A stretch of DNA of 64,000 nucleotides from Acidobacteriota bacterium (GTDB lineage: Bacteria > Acidobacteriota > UBA6911 > RPQK01 > JAJDTT01): contig CBDCJH010000002.1 in NCBI GenBank assembly GCA_965217775.1, forward strand, positions 3,168,001-3,232,000, in the 5' to 3' direction. Within the stretch, counting starts at the first letter, position 1. Each line of letters begins with the position of its first letter. Position numbers and translations under genes: made by a program. A model generated the notes under the pieces. It worked only from the letters and a program-made list of their open reading frames with translations, searched no databases and was not told the origin of the DNA. This document shows, in pieces, positions 1 through 9,511 of the stretch.

Positions 1-856
1 TCACCGCCTGTCCGTTCCGCAGCGACGAGAGGTGCTGCTCGGGGACCTGGGCAATCACCCATAGCCTCCTCAAATCGCTGATGACGTAGAGCGAATCCGA
101 CGCCGCGACCACGGCGCCCGGACTGACCATGCGCTCGATAATGGTGCCCGGCACCGGCGAGCGCACCTCGATCAAGTGCTCCTCTTCATGCGCGCGATGA
201 TGCTCACCGGCCGCGCTCGGCAGCCGCTCCGGGGAAAGGCCCAAGTAGCGCAAGTGTATCTCGGTACGCTTCACTCCGGCCCTGGCGATTTCGAGAAACA
301 TCTCGGCGCTGCGCAACTTGGTTTCGGCCTCCTGCACCTGCTGCAGCGAGCCCGCTTTCAACTCGTGAAGCCGGGATGCCCGCTTGTAAGTTTCCTGGGC
401 GAACTGCAGTTCCGTCTGCCTTCGTTTCAACTCGGCCCGGGCCTGCCAGTACGAGGCTTCAGCGTCATGGACCTCGTGGCTGTGGAGTCGCGCGAGCACT
501 TGTCCCTTTTCGACGTCGGTGCCGACCGACTCGCAACACTCGACGACCACGCCTTCGGCAAAGGAGCCCACGCGCGCGGTGTCGTCCTCGTTGACCGTGA
601 TTCGTCCCGAGACCTGCAGTTCTCTTTCGAGTTTTCCGGTTTCCACGTCAGCGAGCGTGATGTCGGCGATTCGAATCGCCTCCTCGTCGAGACGGATCAA
701 GCCCGGGTCGGGCGCGGCCTCAGTCTCGATCGCCTCCGCTTCGGCTGCCGGCTCCGTTTCGGCTTCCGGTGCCGAGCATCCGGCCCATGTCATCACCAGA
801 ATCGCGGTCACCGCCGCCAGGGGTATTCGCCCGATTTCAAGTTCCAACGTTCTCAT
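1..856 (-). CDS. RND efflux periplasmic adaptor (CzcB/CusB-like membrane fusion protein), runs off window start
   Basis: Manual translation from ATG 856: lipoprotein-like signal (VMTWAGC), then ..LQVSGRITVNEDDTARVGS..EVRSPVPGTIIERMVSPG..YVISDLRRLWVIAQVPE, typical of MFPs; directly downstream of a TolC-family gene. Not in the ORF track because it has no stop in the window. Confidence 0.85.
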   Translation of the reverse strand, partial: MRTLELEIGRIPLAAVTAILVMTWAGCSAPEAETEPAAEAEAIETEAAPDPGLIRLDEEAIRIADITLADVETGKLERELQVSGRITVNEDDTARVGSFAEGVVVECCESVGTDVEKGQVLARLHSHEVHDAEASYWQARAELKRRQTELQFAQETYKRASRLHELKAGSLQQVQEAETKLRSAEMFLEIARAGVKRTEIHLRYLGLSPERLPSAAGEHHRAHEEEHLIEVRSPVPGTIIERMVSPGAVVAASDSLYVISDLRRLWVIAQVPEQHLSSLRNGQAV

Positions 857-867
857 CGTCAACAGCT

Positions 868-2196
868 TCACTCGGCTGTCGTGCCATAATGCGCGGCCGC
901 CGTTTGGGTCGCGCCGGTGGACAGAAACAGATTCGGCGTGCCCGAGGCGGTCTCCAGATCCACCCAGCTCAATTGGTAGTCGAACACCAACCGCGAGTGG
1001 AACAAGACGAGTTCGTTCTGGGCGCGCTGGGCGTCGAGCACGTCGAGCATTTCGACCCCGGCTTCCTGATACGCGGCAAGCGCGATCCGAGAGGTCTCCC
1101 GCGCCCGATCAAGGACTCCGGTCTCCATCGAGCGCAACATTTCCGAGCGCCGCCGCACCGTCTCAACCGCTGCGGCCACGTCGGCAGAAATGCGCGCTTC
1201 CGCTGCCCGCAAGGCCGCTTCCCTGCGGCGAACCTCGGCCAAGGCCTCCCCGATCCGGCCCGCGTTGTCGTCGCGAACCGGCAACGGAATCGAAATCCCG
1301 CCGACGAGCGTGTGGAACGCGTTGTTCCGCTTGTAACCAAGATAGGGTCTCACGTCGGGGCGCGCCAGCGACCGCTGCAGTTCCACGGCCGCGCGGGCGC
1401 GCTCCACCTGGGCTTGGCCGAGCAGGATCTCCACGCGATTGGCCAACGCCTTCCCCACGGTCTGTCGAGTGGCCCCGGCGTCTTCCCAGCCGACGTCGAC
1501 TGGCCGTGCGTCCGGCTTCCGAAGCTCGAAGCTGGTGCTCAACTCCGGGATCCCCATCGCCTTCAGCAAGGCGATCTTGGCGCGGCTGACCTCCAATTCG
1601 GCGCCGGAGAGGGCCAGTGCGGCCCGTCCGACTTCGACTCGAACCTTGATCAGGTCCACTTCAGCCATCGCACCCAGCCGCACGCGCGCCTCGTGGTAGT
1701 TCTCGAGGCGTTCCAGGGTCTCGCGGCTGCGCTCCAGCATCTCGACATCGCTTTCGGTTGCCAGGGCTTCCCAATAGGCCTTCTTGACGCTCTGGCGAAT
1801 CCTCCAGGCGGCCAGTTGGCGTTGGTGCTCCGCGATGCGCTCATCAGCCTCGGCAAGCTCGACGCGCCGGGTCCGCTTGCCCGCGGTCTCGACCGGCACG
1901 CTCACCCACGCAAACAGGTCAAGGTCGCGGGAGGCCGAAAAGCCCGGGTTCCCGTAGAACCGCCAGTTCTCGGTTTGTAAAGAGAACACCGGGTTTGGCG
2001 ACAACCCGGCTTGCTGCGTTGAACCGGCACGCGCATCCATCGCCGCCCGGGCGGCGTCCAAGTCGGCGTGGCTCGAGAGTGCGATCTCGATGGCCCGGTC
2101 GACTTCGAGAGTTCCGGGGAGCGGTTGAGCCCGCAGTTCCAGCGCCAGACCTGCCAAGACGAGGAGTGTCCCGGCTACAAGTATTTTCACGTTCAT
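868..2196 (-). CDS. TolC-family outer membrane efflux protein (CzcC-like)
   Basis: Signal peptide, two OEP-type helical repeats (PNPVFSL.., ETAGKRTRR, YQEAG..MLDVLDAQR); operon with the MFP gene. Confidence 0.85.
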   Translation of the reverse strand: MNVKILVAGTLLVLAGLALELRAQPLPGTLEVDRAIEIALSSHADLDAARAAMDARAGSTQQAGLSPNPVFSLQTENWRFYGNPGFSASRDLDLFAWVSVPVETAGKRTRRVELAEADERIAEHQRQLAAWRIRQSVKKAYWEALATESDVEMLERSRETLERLENYHEARVRLGAMAEVDLIKVRVEVGRAALALSGAELEVSRAKIALLKAMGIPELSTSFELRKPDARPVDVGWEDAGATRQTVGKALANRVEILLGQAQVERARAAVELQRSLARPDVRPYLGYKRNNAFHTLVGGISIPLPVRDDNAGRIGEALAEVRRREAALRAAEARISADVAAAVETVRRRSEMLRSMETGVLDRARETSRIALAAYQEAGVEMLDVLDAQRAQNELVLFHSRLVFDYQLSWVDLETASGTPNLFLSTGATQTAAAHYGTTAE

Positions 2197-2252
2197 CGCC
2201 GTCTCCGTGCTGTTGATTGATGTCGCCCTTACGGGCTGCCACGTCCCAGCGG

Positions 2253-3590
2253 CTATAGCGTCCAGCCCTTGCGGTATTCCTTGTGGACGAGCTGCTGGGC
2301 GGCCGCCGAGTTGGTGATGCTAAGGGAACTCGCGTCCCACTCGATGGCTTCGCCGCTCCGGTAGGCCACGACCCCCAGCAGGACGGCCTCGGTGAGGGCC
2401 CCCGAATAATCGAAATTGCAGTTGGCGGTCCCGCCCGATTTGATGGCCTGGATCCATTCCTGGTGATGTCCGGGCGACCGGGGAATGAAGGGATCCGGAC
2501 GTTTGAACCCGGCAAACTTTTCCACCGGCAGCAGCATGTGCTCCGAGTAGTTGGAGAGGATCATGCCTTCGGAGCCGACGAAGAGCTGACCGCGGTCCGG
2601 GTCCAGGGGCTGGCCCTCGGCGTCCTTGAACCCGGACAGAAGGTCCGGCCTCTTTCCGCCGTCGTACCACTTCAAGGTCACCGGCGGCAGGGAGCCCCGG
2701 GCCGGATACTCGTAGGTCACGATCAGGCCGGAGGTCGCGCTCTCCAGGAGCGGAGAGGGGCCGGCCGCCGACACTCGAGCCGGATGCTTGAGATCCAGCG
2801 CCCAATGGGGGAGGTCCATCCAGTGGCAGGCGAAGTCGCCCAGGGCACCGGTGCCGTAGTCCCAGAACCAGCGCCAGTTGAAGGGGTGAACCGCGATCAC
2901 CGAACCGTCCTCCTGGACGCTCTCGCAATAGGGACGGGCTGCCGCGGGACCCAGCCAGAGATCCCAGTCGACGTGGCCGGGGCGCGGTTTTCCGGTGATC
3001 ATCCGGCGGCCCGAGTAGTCGACGTTGACCCAGACGTGCACTTCCCGAATTTCACCGATGGCGCCGCTCCGGACCAGCTCGACCACCAGGCGATAGTTCT
3101 CCTCGGCGTGGACCTGCGTCCCCATCTGCGTGACCAGGCCATTTTCGGCCGCCAGTTCGGCCAGTCTTCGCGCCTCGTAGATAGTGTGGGTGAGTGGCTT
3201 CTCGCAGTAGACGTGTTTCTTCATCTGCAGGGCCATCGACGCCGCCGGTGCATGGGTATGGTCGGGCGTGCTGACGAGGACGGCGTCGATCTTCTCGGCC
3301 TCCTTCTCCAACATGACCCGGTAGTCCCGGTACCGGCGGGCGTTGGGATAGGTCTCGCCCGCGGCATCGAGAAATTCCTCGTCGATGTCCACAAGGGCCA
3401 CGATGTTCTCGCTGGCGACACCCTTCAGATTCGCTGCTGCCCGATTGTGAACACCGATCGAAGCGATGTTGAGACGGTCCACCGCCGATCCGGACTGGGC
3501 TCGAGAAATCAGGGAATGCGAAGATCCCAGCGCCACCGCCGTAGCGGCCGACCTTCCCAGAAATTGTCGACGATCGAGTTTCTTCACCAC
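2253..3590 (-). CDS. Gfo/Idh/MocA family oxidoreductase with TAT signal
   Basis: DRRQFLG twin-arginine motif; STPDHTH, HVYCEKP, WDLWLGPA motifs; start moved to GTG 3590 behind a GGAGGA RBS. Confidence 0.9.
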   Translation of the reverse strand: MVKKLDRRQFLGRSAATAVALGSSHSLISRAQSGSAVDRLNIASIGVHNRAAANLKGVASENIVALVDIDEEFLDAAGETYPNARRYRDYRVMLEKEAEKIDAVLVSTPDHTHAPAASMALQMKKHVYCEKPLTHTIYEARRLAELAAENGLVTQMGTQVHAEENYRLVVELVRSGAIGEIREVHVWVNVDYSGRRMITGKPRPGHVDWDLWLGPAAARPYCESVQEDGSVIAVHPFNWRWFWDYGTGALGDFACHWMDLPHWALDLKHPARVSAAGPSPLLESATSGLIVTYEYPARGSLPPVTLKWYDGGKRPDLLSGFKDAEGQPLDPDRGQLFVGSEGMILSNYSEHMLLPVEKFAGFKRPDPFIPRSPGHHQEWIQAIKSGGTANCNFDYSGALTEAVLLGVVAYRSGEAIEWDASSLSITNSAAAQQLVHKEYRKGWTL

Positions 3591-3648
3591 AACAATCCTC
3601 CTCTCCGCTGGCGCAGCCGGCCTCATCCCGCGAACGGCGGGCGCCGGC

Positions 3649-5808
3649 TCAGGTTTCGGTCTGTTGGAACCCTTCCTCCACACCTCGCCGACTCAGGTCC
3701 CGAATCTCCTCGGCGCTCAAAGCTCTCTTGACCACCAGCACATCGTCCACCCAGCCCGTGAGTTGGTGACGATTCGAGCCCTCGCTGCGCCATCCGTGGC
3801 CGACGAAAGTTCCGTCGCGGTCTGCTCCCAGATGCAGGTTGTCCGACAGATGGACGCCGGCCAGCGGCAGACCATCCGGAGGACCGAAGATCTCAAAGAC
3901 CGTGTCGTTCCGGCCGAGGCGAGCAGCTCCGGATAGGACTTGGCCCGATCCCGCCATCCGGCCATCCAGGTAGAGACGGACCCGGCCCCGATCGTAGGTG
4001 GCCGCCAAGTGATGATACATCCCTGCAGCCAACGAAACGGCTTGGGAGGAGATCTCCTGCCCGTTGACGATCAGGCGCAGAAACCCGGTTCCGGGACTGA
4101 AGTCGAAGATCAGCTCACCCAGTGAAGCGGAGCCGCTGCCCCGATGGGTGCTGAACAGACGCATGCGGTCTCGGCTTTGCGTCTTGACCCGGGCCGCCAG
4201 GGTGAATTGGTGACCGAGATGTGCGGTGCCCGGCACCTCCAGCCGGTTCGCACCCGTTCCCGGCTCGGAAAACAGCAGCGTCGAGGATCCTCCCGCGCCC
4301 GCATCGGGATCCTGGACGGTGGAGAGGTCGCCATGCCGACGCCCCGGTTGGATCCCGTCCGCCGTCGCTTCGTCGTCGAATCCGTCTCCGTGGAATGACT
4401 CGAACGTATAGAAGACCTCCAGCGGCGCAGGCGGGTCGGCGACCTGAACCGAATCGCCGGCCCGGAAAGAGAAGAGGGAGGCGCGCGTCAAAAGAAAACG
4501 TAGCCGCCGGGGTTCGGAGGAATCGGGCAGTTCGTCCCGCGCCTTCCACCTGATGGCGAAGTCCACGCTGTCTTCCGTCATGGGCCGGCACTCTTCCTTT
4601 GCGTAGCCGGTCAGGACCCGGCCCTCCCCGTCCAGCACCTCCACCCGGATTTCTCCTCCACCAGCATTTGCGTTGAGCCGTAGCTCACCCTCCAGGCCGA
4701 ACAGGAGGCGGGTGGTGACCGCCCCGCCGCCTGACCCGGCGTCCAGGGAAACGAAGCCGTCCCTGCGCAAGGTGGCCAAGCCGATGGCGCCCTCCCCTCG
4801 CTGCAACCCGTGGGTAGAATCGAAGGCCCCATAGTAGACCCGCAACGTCTCGCCGGGCATTTGCGGATGGTTGAAGGTCTGGACTTGGCCGCTGTCCCAC
4901 GCGCCTGGAGGGCCGGTAGGCAGAATCGGGGTTCTTTCTCCCTCCTGGCGGTCCCACGTGACCCCGTCCCGGCTGCTCACCAGCTCACAGAAGATGGGAC
5001 CGTCGTTCTTCCCGTCCACGATCCTAAAGATCCAGAGGAATCCCAGATACAGACTTTGATAGGGAAAGGCCGCGAGGCCGTAGAAGTCGGTGTGCTGCCC
5101 GCTCCGGGTCACCCAGCGATCATCGACCTCGTCCGGGACCAGGATCAACTCCGCCGGGGGCCAGTGCTGGAAACGGGTCGTGGTGCTGACCGCCACCGAA
5201 CGGCGCCGGTATCCCCGCACCGGAGCGTAGAGCTTTGTATAACCCACATAGGCCCGGCGGTTGGGATCCCAGAGAAAGTGCCCCACGTCGCCGGGATCGG
5301 GCAGGACCGGATTCCTGGGAGTCTCGGTCCAATGGACCCCGTCCGGAGAGGTGGCCCCCCAGTAGCCTCGGACGGCGCGCCCGGGAACGTCGGCGCGGAA
5401 GTCGAAATTGACCATCTTGTACCGTCGATCGGCGTCCGCTTCCCAGGGGGTATGGATGATCTGGGGCATGTGGTCCAACCGGGTCCGGCGAAAGAAGAGG
5501 TTGTTGGCCCGCGAGCCCTGGTGCTCGACCAGGTCCAGGCGCGGCCGGATCCAGCGGAACCCATCCCGGCTGGTGGCGTAGAAGTTGTGGCAATCCCCGT
5601 CCCAGATGTCATACCAGATGCGGTAGCCGTGACCGTCCTCTCCCGGCAGTACGGTGCCGTAGGGGGTGGTGCGCCGCTCGCCCCAGGATCCCGTCATGCC
5701 CAGCACGGGATTGTCCGGGTGTTTTTCGAGGGGATGCCAGGTTCGGACGACGCCCCGCTTCTCCTCAATCAGGTAGTCATCCACCAGGAGTTGCCAGGGT
5801 CCGGTCAA
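3649..5808 (-). CDS. Secreted beta-propeller glycosidase-like protein (GH32/43/130-like fold) with C-terminal LamG/concanavalin-like domain
   Basis: QLLVDD, NPVL, SRDGxxW repeats, LRRDGFVSL..LNA..LRF module; C-terminal HHLAATYDRGRVRLYLDG and GWVDDV..RALSAEEI; true start uncertain (open frame with a signal-like segment continues upstream). Confidence 0.65.
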   Translation of the reverse strand: MTGPWQLLVDDYLIEEKRGVVRTWHPLEKHPDNPVLGMTGSWGERRTTPYGTVLPGEDGHGYRIWYDIWDGDCHNFYATSRDGFRWIRPRLDLVEHQGSRANNLFFRRTRLDHMPQIIHTPWEADADRRYKMVNFDFRADVPGRAVRGYWGATSPDGVHWTETPRNPVLPDPGDVGHFLWDPNRRAYVGYTKLYAPVRGYRRRSVAVSTTTRFQHWPPAELILVPDEVDDRWVTRSGQHTDFYGLAAFPYQSLYLGFLWIFRIVDGKNDGPIFCELVSSRDGVTWDRQEGERTPILPTGPPGAWDSGQVQTFNHPQMPGETLRVYYGAFDSTHGLQRGEGAIGLATLRRDGFVSLDAGSGGGAVTTRLLFGLEGELRLNANAGGGEIRVEVLDGEGRVLTGYAKEECRPMTEDSVDFAIRWKARDELPDSSEPRRLRFLLTRASLFSFRAGDSVQVADPPAPLEVFYTFESFHGDGFDDEATADGIQPGRRHGDLSTVQDPDAGAGGSSTLLFSEPGTGANRLEVPGTAHLGHQFTLAARVKTQSRDRMRLFSTHRGSGSASLGELIFDFSPGTGFLRLIVNGQEISSQAVSLAAGMYHHLAATYDRGRVRLYLDGRMAGSGQVLSGAARLGRNDTVFEIFGPPDGLPLAGVHLSDNLHLGADRDGTFVGHGWRSEGSNRHQLTGWVDDVLVVKRALSAEEIRDLSRRGVEEGFQQTET

Positions 5809-6004
5809 GTCGCCCAGAAACGAATCCTGAGCCGGAAGCGGCAGGGAAATCGCAACCAGGGAAATTAGAAGAGCAACCGGAATCAGTCCATGAGCCCGAA
5901 AGCTGGACGTGCGCCGTGCGTTTTCTGTGGCAGACGGCTCCGTATCGGGTTCTATCCCGCCGTTACAGGTGGTGATCAGAAGCCTCCCGCCGGCTCCCCT
6001 TCCC

Positions 6005-7126
6005 TCATTTGCCGGGCCTGATGAAGAAGACGTGCTCGTTGGTGTCCTTTCCCTTGTAATTGATGCTATAGAGGACCATCAGTTCGTCGGGCGCACCATC
6101 TTCGTCGGTTTGGATCAGACAGTTTGCGCTGTATCCGTCCCCCCGCCCGGTGTTGCTGCTGACGAGGATGGCGCTGCCCCAGTTCTCGCCGTCGGAGGAC
6201 TGGTACAGAACGAAGCGGTTCGCGCCCTCGCCATAGCTTCCGGACCGCCCATGGAGGTAGTACCGGCCCCCGACGTAGCCCAGTTCCGGGTCCCGAACCT
6301 TCTGGTCGACCCGGGCCTTCCTCTGCCGGGTCCAGGTGCGGCCCCGGTCCTTGCTGATGCAATAGTAGAAGTGGTGCTCGTCGTCCGAGTTGTAGGCCCC
6401 GGCCAGCAGCCCGCCGTCCTCCATCAAGGTCACCGCCCCGTACCAGACGTCGTCCTGCAGCGGCAGTGTGCTCCGCTTCTGCCAGGACCGCCCATCGTCG
6501 GTGCTGACGTACAGCACATGGGGGCCTCGGCCATCGGAGTCGGAGATGACGTAGTTGGTGCCGCCGTCGACTGCCGTGCCGACGGGGTAGCCGATGTGGA
6601 CTCCGTCGACGGACTCGTAGTGGGTCCAGGTGGCGCCCTGGTCGAAACTCCTCAGGAAACCGCTCATGGTCCGGGTGCCGCCCAAGATGAAATGGGTGAC
6701 GAAGACGACTACGGTTCCCTTGGAAGTCACCAAACCCGCTTCGATCCAGGCCGGCCGCTTGGCGTCTCTCGAGTAGGCCTCGAAGGAATAGGGGAACCGG
6801 TTGTACATGTCCCAGGTCCTGCCGCCGTCGCGGCTCTCGGCATGCTCGCTCCAGCCATCCAGGTTGTGGTCGCTGGTGTTGGTGTTGAAGGCCACGATGC
6901 GGCCGTCGGGATACTGCATGCAGACCGGTCCACCGTGGGAATTCCGGCCCGGAAAGTCGCGCTCCAGATAGGACACGATCGTCCCGAAAACATCGTCCCC
7001 CAGCTTCGTCGACGGATCGTAGTCATAGACGACGGCTCCGTCGATGGATTCGTAGTCCTGGGCGAAGGCGGCGCCCATGGCCAACCCGAAGACCCAGACG
7101 GCCAACATCGATCTCCTCAGTTTCAT
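6005..7126 (-). CDS. Asp-box (BNR) repeat exo-alpha-sialidase-like secreted protein, paralog 1
   Basis: Signal peptide; five SxDxGxxW boxes (SRDGGRTW, SFDQGATW, STDDGRSW, SKDRGRTW, SSDGENW); start at ATG 7126 with GGAG RBS. Confidence 0.75.
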   Translation of the reverse strand: MKLRRSMLAVWVFGLAMGAAFAQDYESIDGAVVYDYDPSTKLGDDVFGTIVSYLERDFPGRNSHGGPVCMQYPDGRIVAFNTNTSDHNLDGWSEHAESRDGGRTWDMYNRFPYSFEAYSRDAKRPAWIEAGLVTSKGTVVVFVTHFILGGTRTMSGFLRSFDQGATWTHYESVDGVHIGYPVGTAVDGGTNYVISDSDGRGPHVLYVSTDDGRSWQKRSTLPLQDDVWYGAVTLMEDGGLLAGAYNSDDEHHFYYCISKDRGRTWTRQRKARVDQKVRDPELGYVGGRYYLHGRSGSYGEGANRFVLYQSSDGENWGSAILVSSNTGRGDGYSANCLIQTDEDGAPDELMVLYSINYKGKDTNEHVFFIRPGK

Positions 7127-7216
7127 GGATCGCTCCCTTGATCTCTTTCCCATCGGCATCGGACATCCGGACCAGTGCCCATGGTGATAAGAAGCCTCCC
7201 GCCGGCTGTTCTTCCC

Positions 7217-8338
7217 TTATTTGTCGGGCCTGATGAAGAAGACGTACTCGTTGGTGTCGACTCCCTTGTATTGGATGCTGAAAAGGACCATCAGCTCGTC
7301 GGGCTTCCCATCGTCGTCGGTGTGAATCAGACAGTTGGCGCTGTATCCGTCCCCCCGGCCGGTTTGTTTGCTGACGACGATGGCGCTACCCCAGTTCTCC
7401 CCGTCGGAGGACTCGTAGAGGACGAATCGATCCGAGCCCTCACCGTAGCTTCCGGACCGCCCATGGAGATAGTACCTGCCTCCGATTTGGCCCAGCTCAG
7501 GGTCCCGAACCTTCTGGTCGACCCTTGACTTCCTCTGCTCGGTCCAGGTCCGTCCCTGGTCCTTGCTGATGCAGTAGTAGAAGTTGTACTCGTCTTTCGA
7601 GTGGTAGGCCCCGGCCAGCAATCCGCCGTCCGCCATCAAGGTAATGGCCCCGTACCAGACATCGTCCTGCAGCGGCAGAGTGCTCCGCTTCTGCCAGGAT
7701 CGCCCGTCGTCGGTGCTGACGTACAGAACATGCGGACCGCCGCCATCGGAGTCGTAGATGACGTAGTTGGTGTCGCCGTCGACCGCCGTACCGACGGGGT
7801 AGCCGACATGGATCCCGTCGACGGACTCGTATGCGGTCCAACTCGCGCCCTGGTCGTAACTCCTGATGAAACCGCTCATGGTCCGGCTTCCGCCCAAGAT
7901 GAAATGGGTCACGAAGACGACCACGGTTCCCTTGGAAGTCACCAAACCCGCTTCGATCCAGGCCGGCCGCTTGGGGTCTCTCACGTAGGCCTCGAACGAG
8001 TAGGGGAACCGGTTGTACATGTCCCAGGTCTTGCCGCCGTCGCGGCTCTCGCCATGCTCGCTCCAGCCGTCCAGGTTATGATCGCTGGTGTTCGTGTTGA
8101 AGGCCACGATGCGGCCGTCGGGATACTGCATGCAGACCGGTCCGCCGTGAGAATTCCTGCCGGGAAAGTCGCGCTCCAGGTTGGAGATGACGGTCCCGAA
8201 CACATCTTCCCCCAATTTCGTTGACGGATCGTAGTCGTAGATGACAGCCCCGTCGATGGACTCGTAGTCCTGGGCGAAGGCAGCGCCCGCCGCCAACCCG
8301 AAAACGCAAACCGCCAACAAGAGTTTCTTCACGTTCAT
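7217..8338 (-). CDS. Asp-box (BNR) repeat exo-alpha-sialidase-like secreted protein, paralog 2 (tandem duplicate)
   Basis: Near-identical to 6005..7126 over the mature region; same Asp boxes. Confidence 0.75.
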   Translation of the reverse strand: MNVKKLLLAVCVFGLAAGAAFAQDYESIDGAVIYDYDPSTKLGEDVFGTVISNLERDFPGRNSHGGPVCMQYPDGRIVAFNTNTSDHNLDGWSEHGESRDGGKTWDMYNRFPYSFEAYVRDPKRPAWIEAGLVTSKGTVVVFVTHFILGGSRTMSGFIRSYDQGASWTAYESVDGIHVGYPVGTAVDGDTNYVIYDSDGGGPHVLYVSTDDGRSWQKRSTLPLQDDVWYGAITLMADGGLLAGAYHSKDEYNFYYCISKDQGRTWTEQRKSRVDQKVRDPELGQIGGRYYLHGRSGSYGEGSDRFVLYESSDGENWGSAIVVSKQTGRGDGYSANCLIHTDDDGKPDELMVLFSIQYKGVDTNEYVFFIRPDK

Positions 8339-8797
8339 CTATCGCTCCTTCTGTTTCTGTCCCATTGGAACCGGATATCCAGACGTGATTCGGAGATTAA
8401 CACCCCCATGGCAGAATTTCGAATTGGACCCTGAATCTCACATCGTTAGTCAGCGAAGCGTGCCGGTCCTGTGAGCACGAGATCGGTCCGGTGCAAGAGG
8501 CGGCGAACTTGCAGCCGCCGAGTTCCCTTCGTCCAATAAACCCAGTCTCTCGAACCCATCCCAAGGTGTCACGCCCGATTCCTTGTTCCTCGTTTCTGTT
8601 CAACCGCAACATGACATCTTTCCCGCAATTGACGCGACAGGCTGCCGCGCCGCGGCTGTCGCAAGCCCCGAATCCATTGGAAAAGTGCAGTTTGGAATGA
8701 GCATTGCATGTAGCCAATGGCCTTCCGCCAACTACGGCGGATCTTTCGTTCGAGCGGGTCGGTTCGAATTGGACGCGTGCTAAACTGGAAAGAAAAT

Positions 8798-9388
8798 ATG
8801 GCGACAACCCCTGAGACTTCCACCAAGACCGAATCGGCCGGAACACTGTTCCAAGCTCTGCGGAACGCGGGCGTCGAGCCTGACTTGGCCTACCGAGCCG
8901 ACGACGAGGTGCGAAATCGTGCCGGCCAGAACGTGATCTCCGTCATCGGCGCAAAGATGGACGCCAAGACCAAGGAACTTGGCACCCGAATGGATGCTCA
9001 GGCGAAGGAACTTGGCACCCGAATGGATGCTCAGGCCACGGCCCTGGAGACCAGGATCGACCAACAGGGCGCGGAACTCCATGCGAAGATCGACACCAGG
9101 ACGGAGGAGCTTGCCACCCGAATGGATGCTCAGGCCACGGCCCTGGAGACCAGGATCGACAAACAGGGGATGGAACTCAATGCGGACATCAAGGAGCTTG
9201 GCGCCGGAATGGATGCTCAGACGGCAGCAATAGGGGCCAGGATTGACGCTCAAGCTGTCCAAATCGCGTCGAACGGGGCCCGAATCGACGATCTCCGTGT
9301 ATTGATGTTGCGGGTGATCTGGCCTCTGATCATACTCTTGGCCGTTCCAATATTTGGTGAACTCTACAGAACGCTCTCGGCACGGTAG
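8798..9388 (+). CDS. Coiled-coil repeat membrane protein (DUF1640/CCDC90-like)
   Basis: N-terminal LFQALRNAGVEPDLA head, 11-residue repeats (ELGTRMDAQAK/ALETRIDQQGA), single C-terminal TM helix. Confidence 0.6.
   Translation: MATTPETSTKTESAGTLFQALRNAGVEPDLAYRADDEVRNRAGQNVISVIGAKMDAKTKELGTRMDAQAKELGTRMDAQATALETRIDQQGAELHAKIDTRTEELATRMDAQATALETRIDKQGMELNADIKELGAGMDAQTAAIGARIDAQAVQIASNGARIDDLRVLMLRVIWPLIILLAVPIFGELYRTLSAR
8955..9260 (+). repeat. In-frame 33-bp (11-codon) tandem repeats
   Basis: Recurring AAGGAACTTGGCACCCGAATGGATGCTCAGGC and GCCCTGGAGACCAGGATCGAC units. Confidence 0.8.
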
Positions 9389-9426
9389 GAGCGGCGACTT
9401 TCTTGTCGCCGAACTCCAGAGCAACA
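9385..9426 (+). repeat. REP-like palindrome, GGAGCGGCGA..TCGCCG family
   Basis: GTAGGAGCGGCGACTTTCTTGTCGCCGAACTCCAGAGCAACA; shares the hairpin and the GAACTCCAGAG tail with 19021..19090. Confidence 0.6.
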
Positions 9427-9511
9427 TCGTCGCGGCGAGCCCACGGGTGCACGTCGGGATGAACGCGTTGAAATGGGGGACTAACAGTCCACCCTCCTAT
9501 GCCCGCAACCT

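Noticed and set aside
176-3731. Long plus-strand ORFs (176..889, 769..1980, 2283..3731) and similar antisense ORFs throughout
   Set aside because: Shadow frames of well-supported opposite-strand genes in high-GC DNA; no motifs
8955-9260. CRISPR array
   Set aside because: Repeats are contiguous, in-frame codon multiples with no unique spacers
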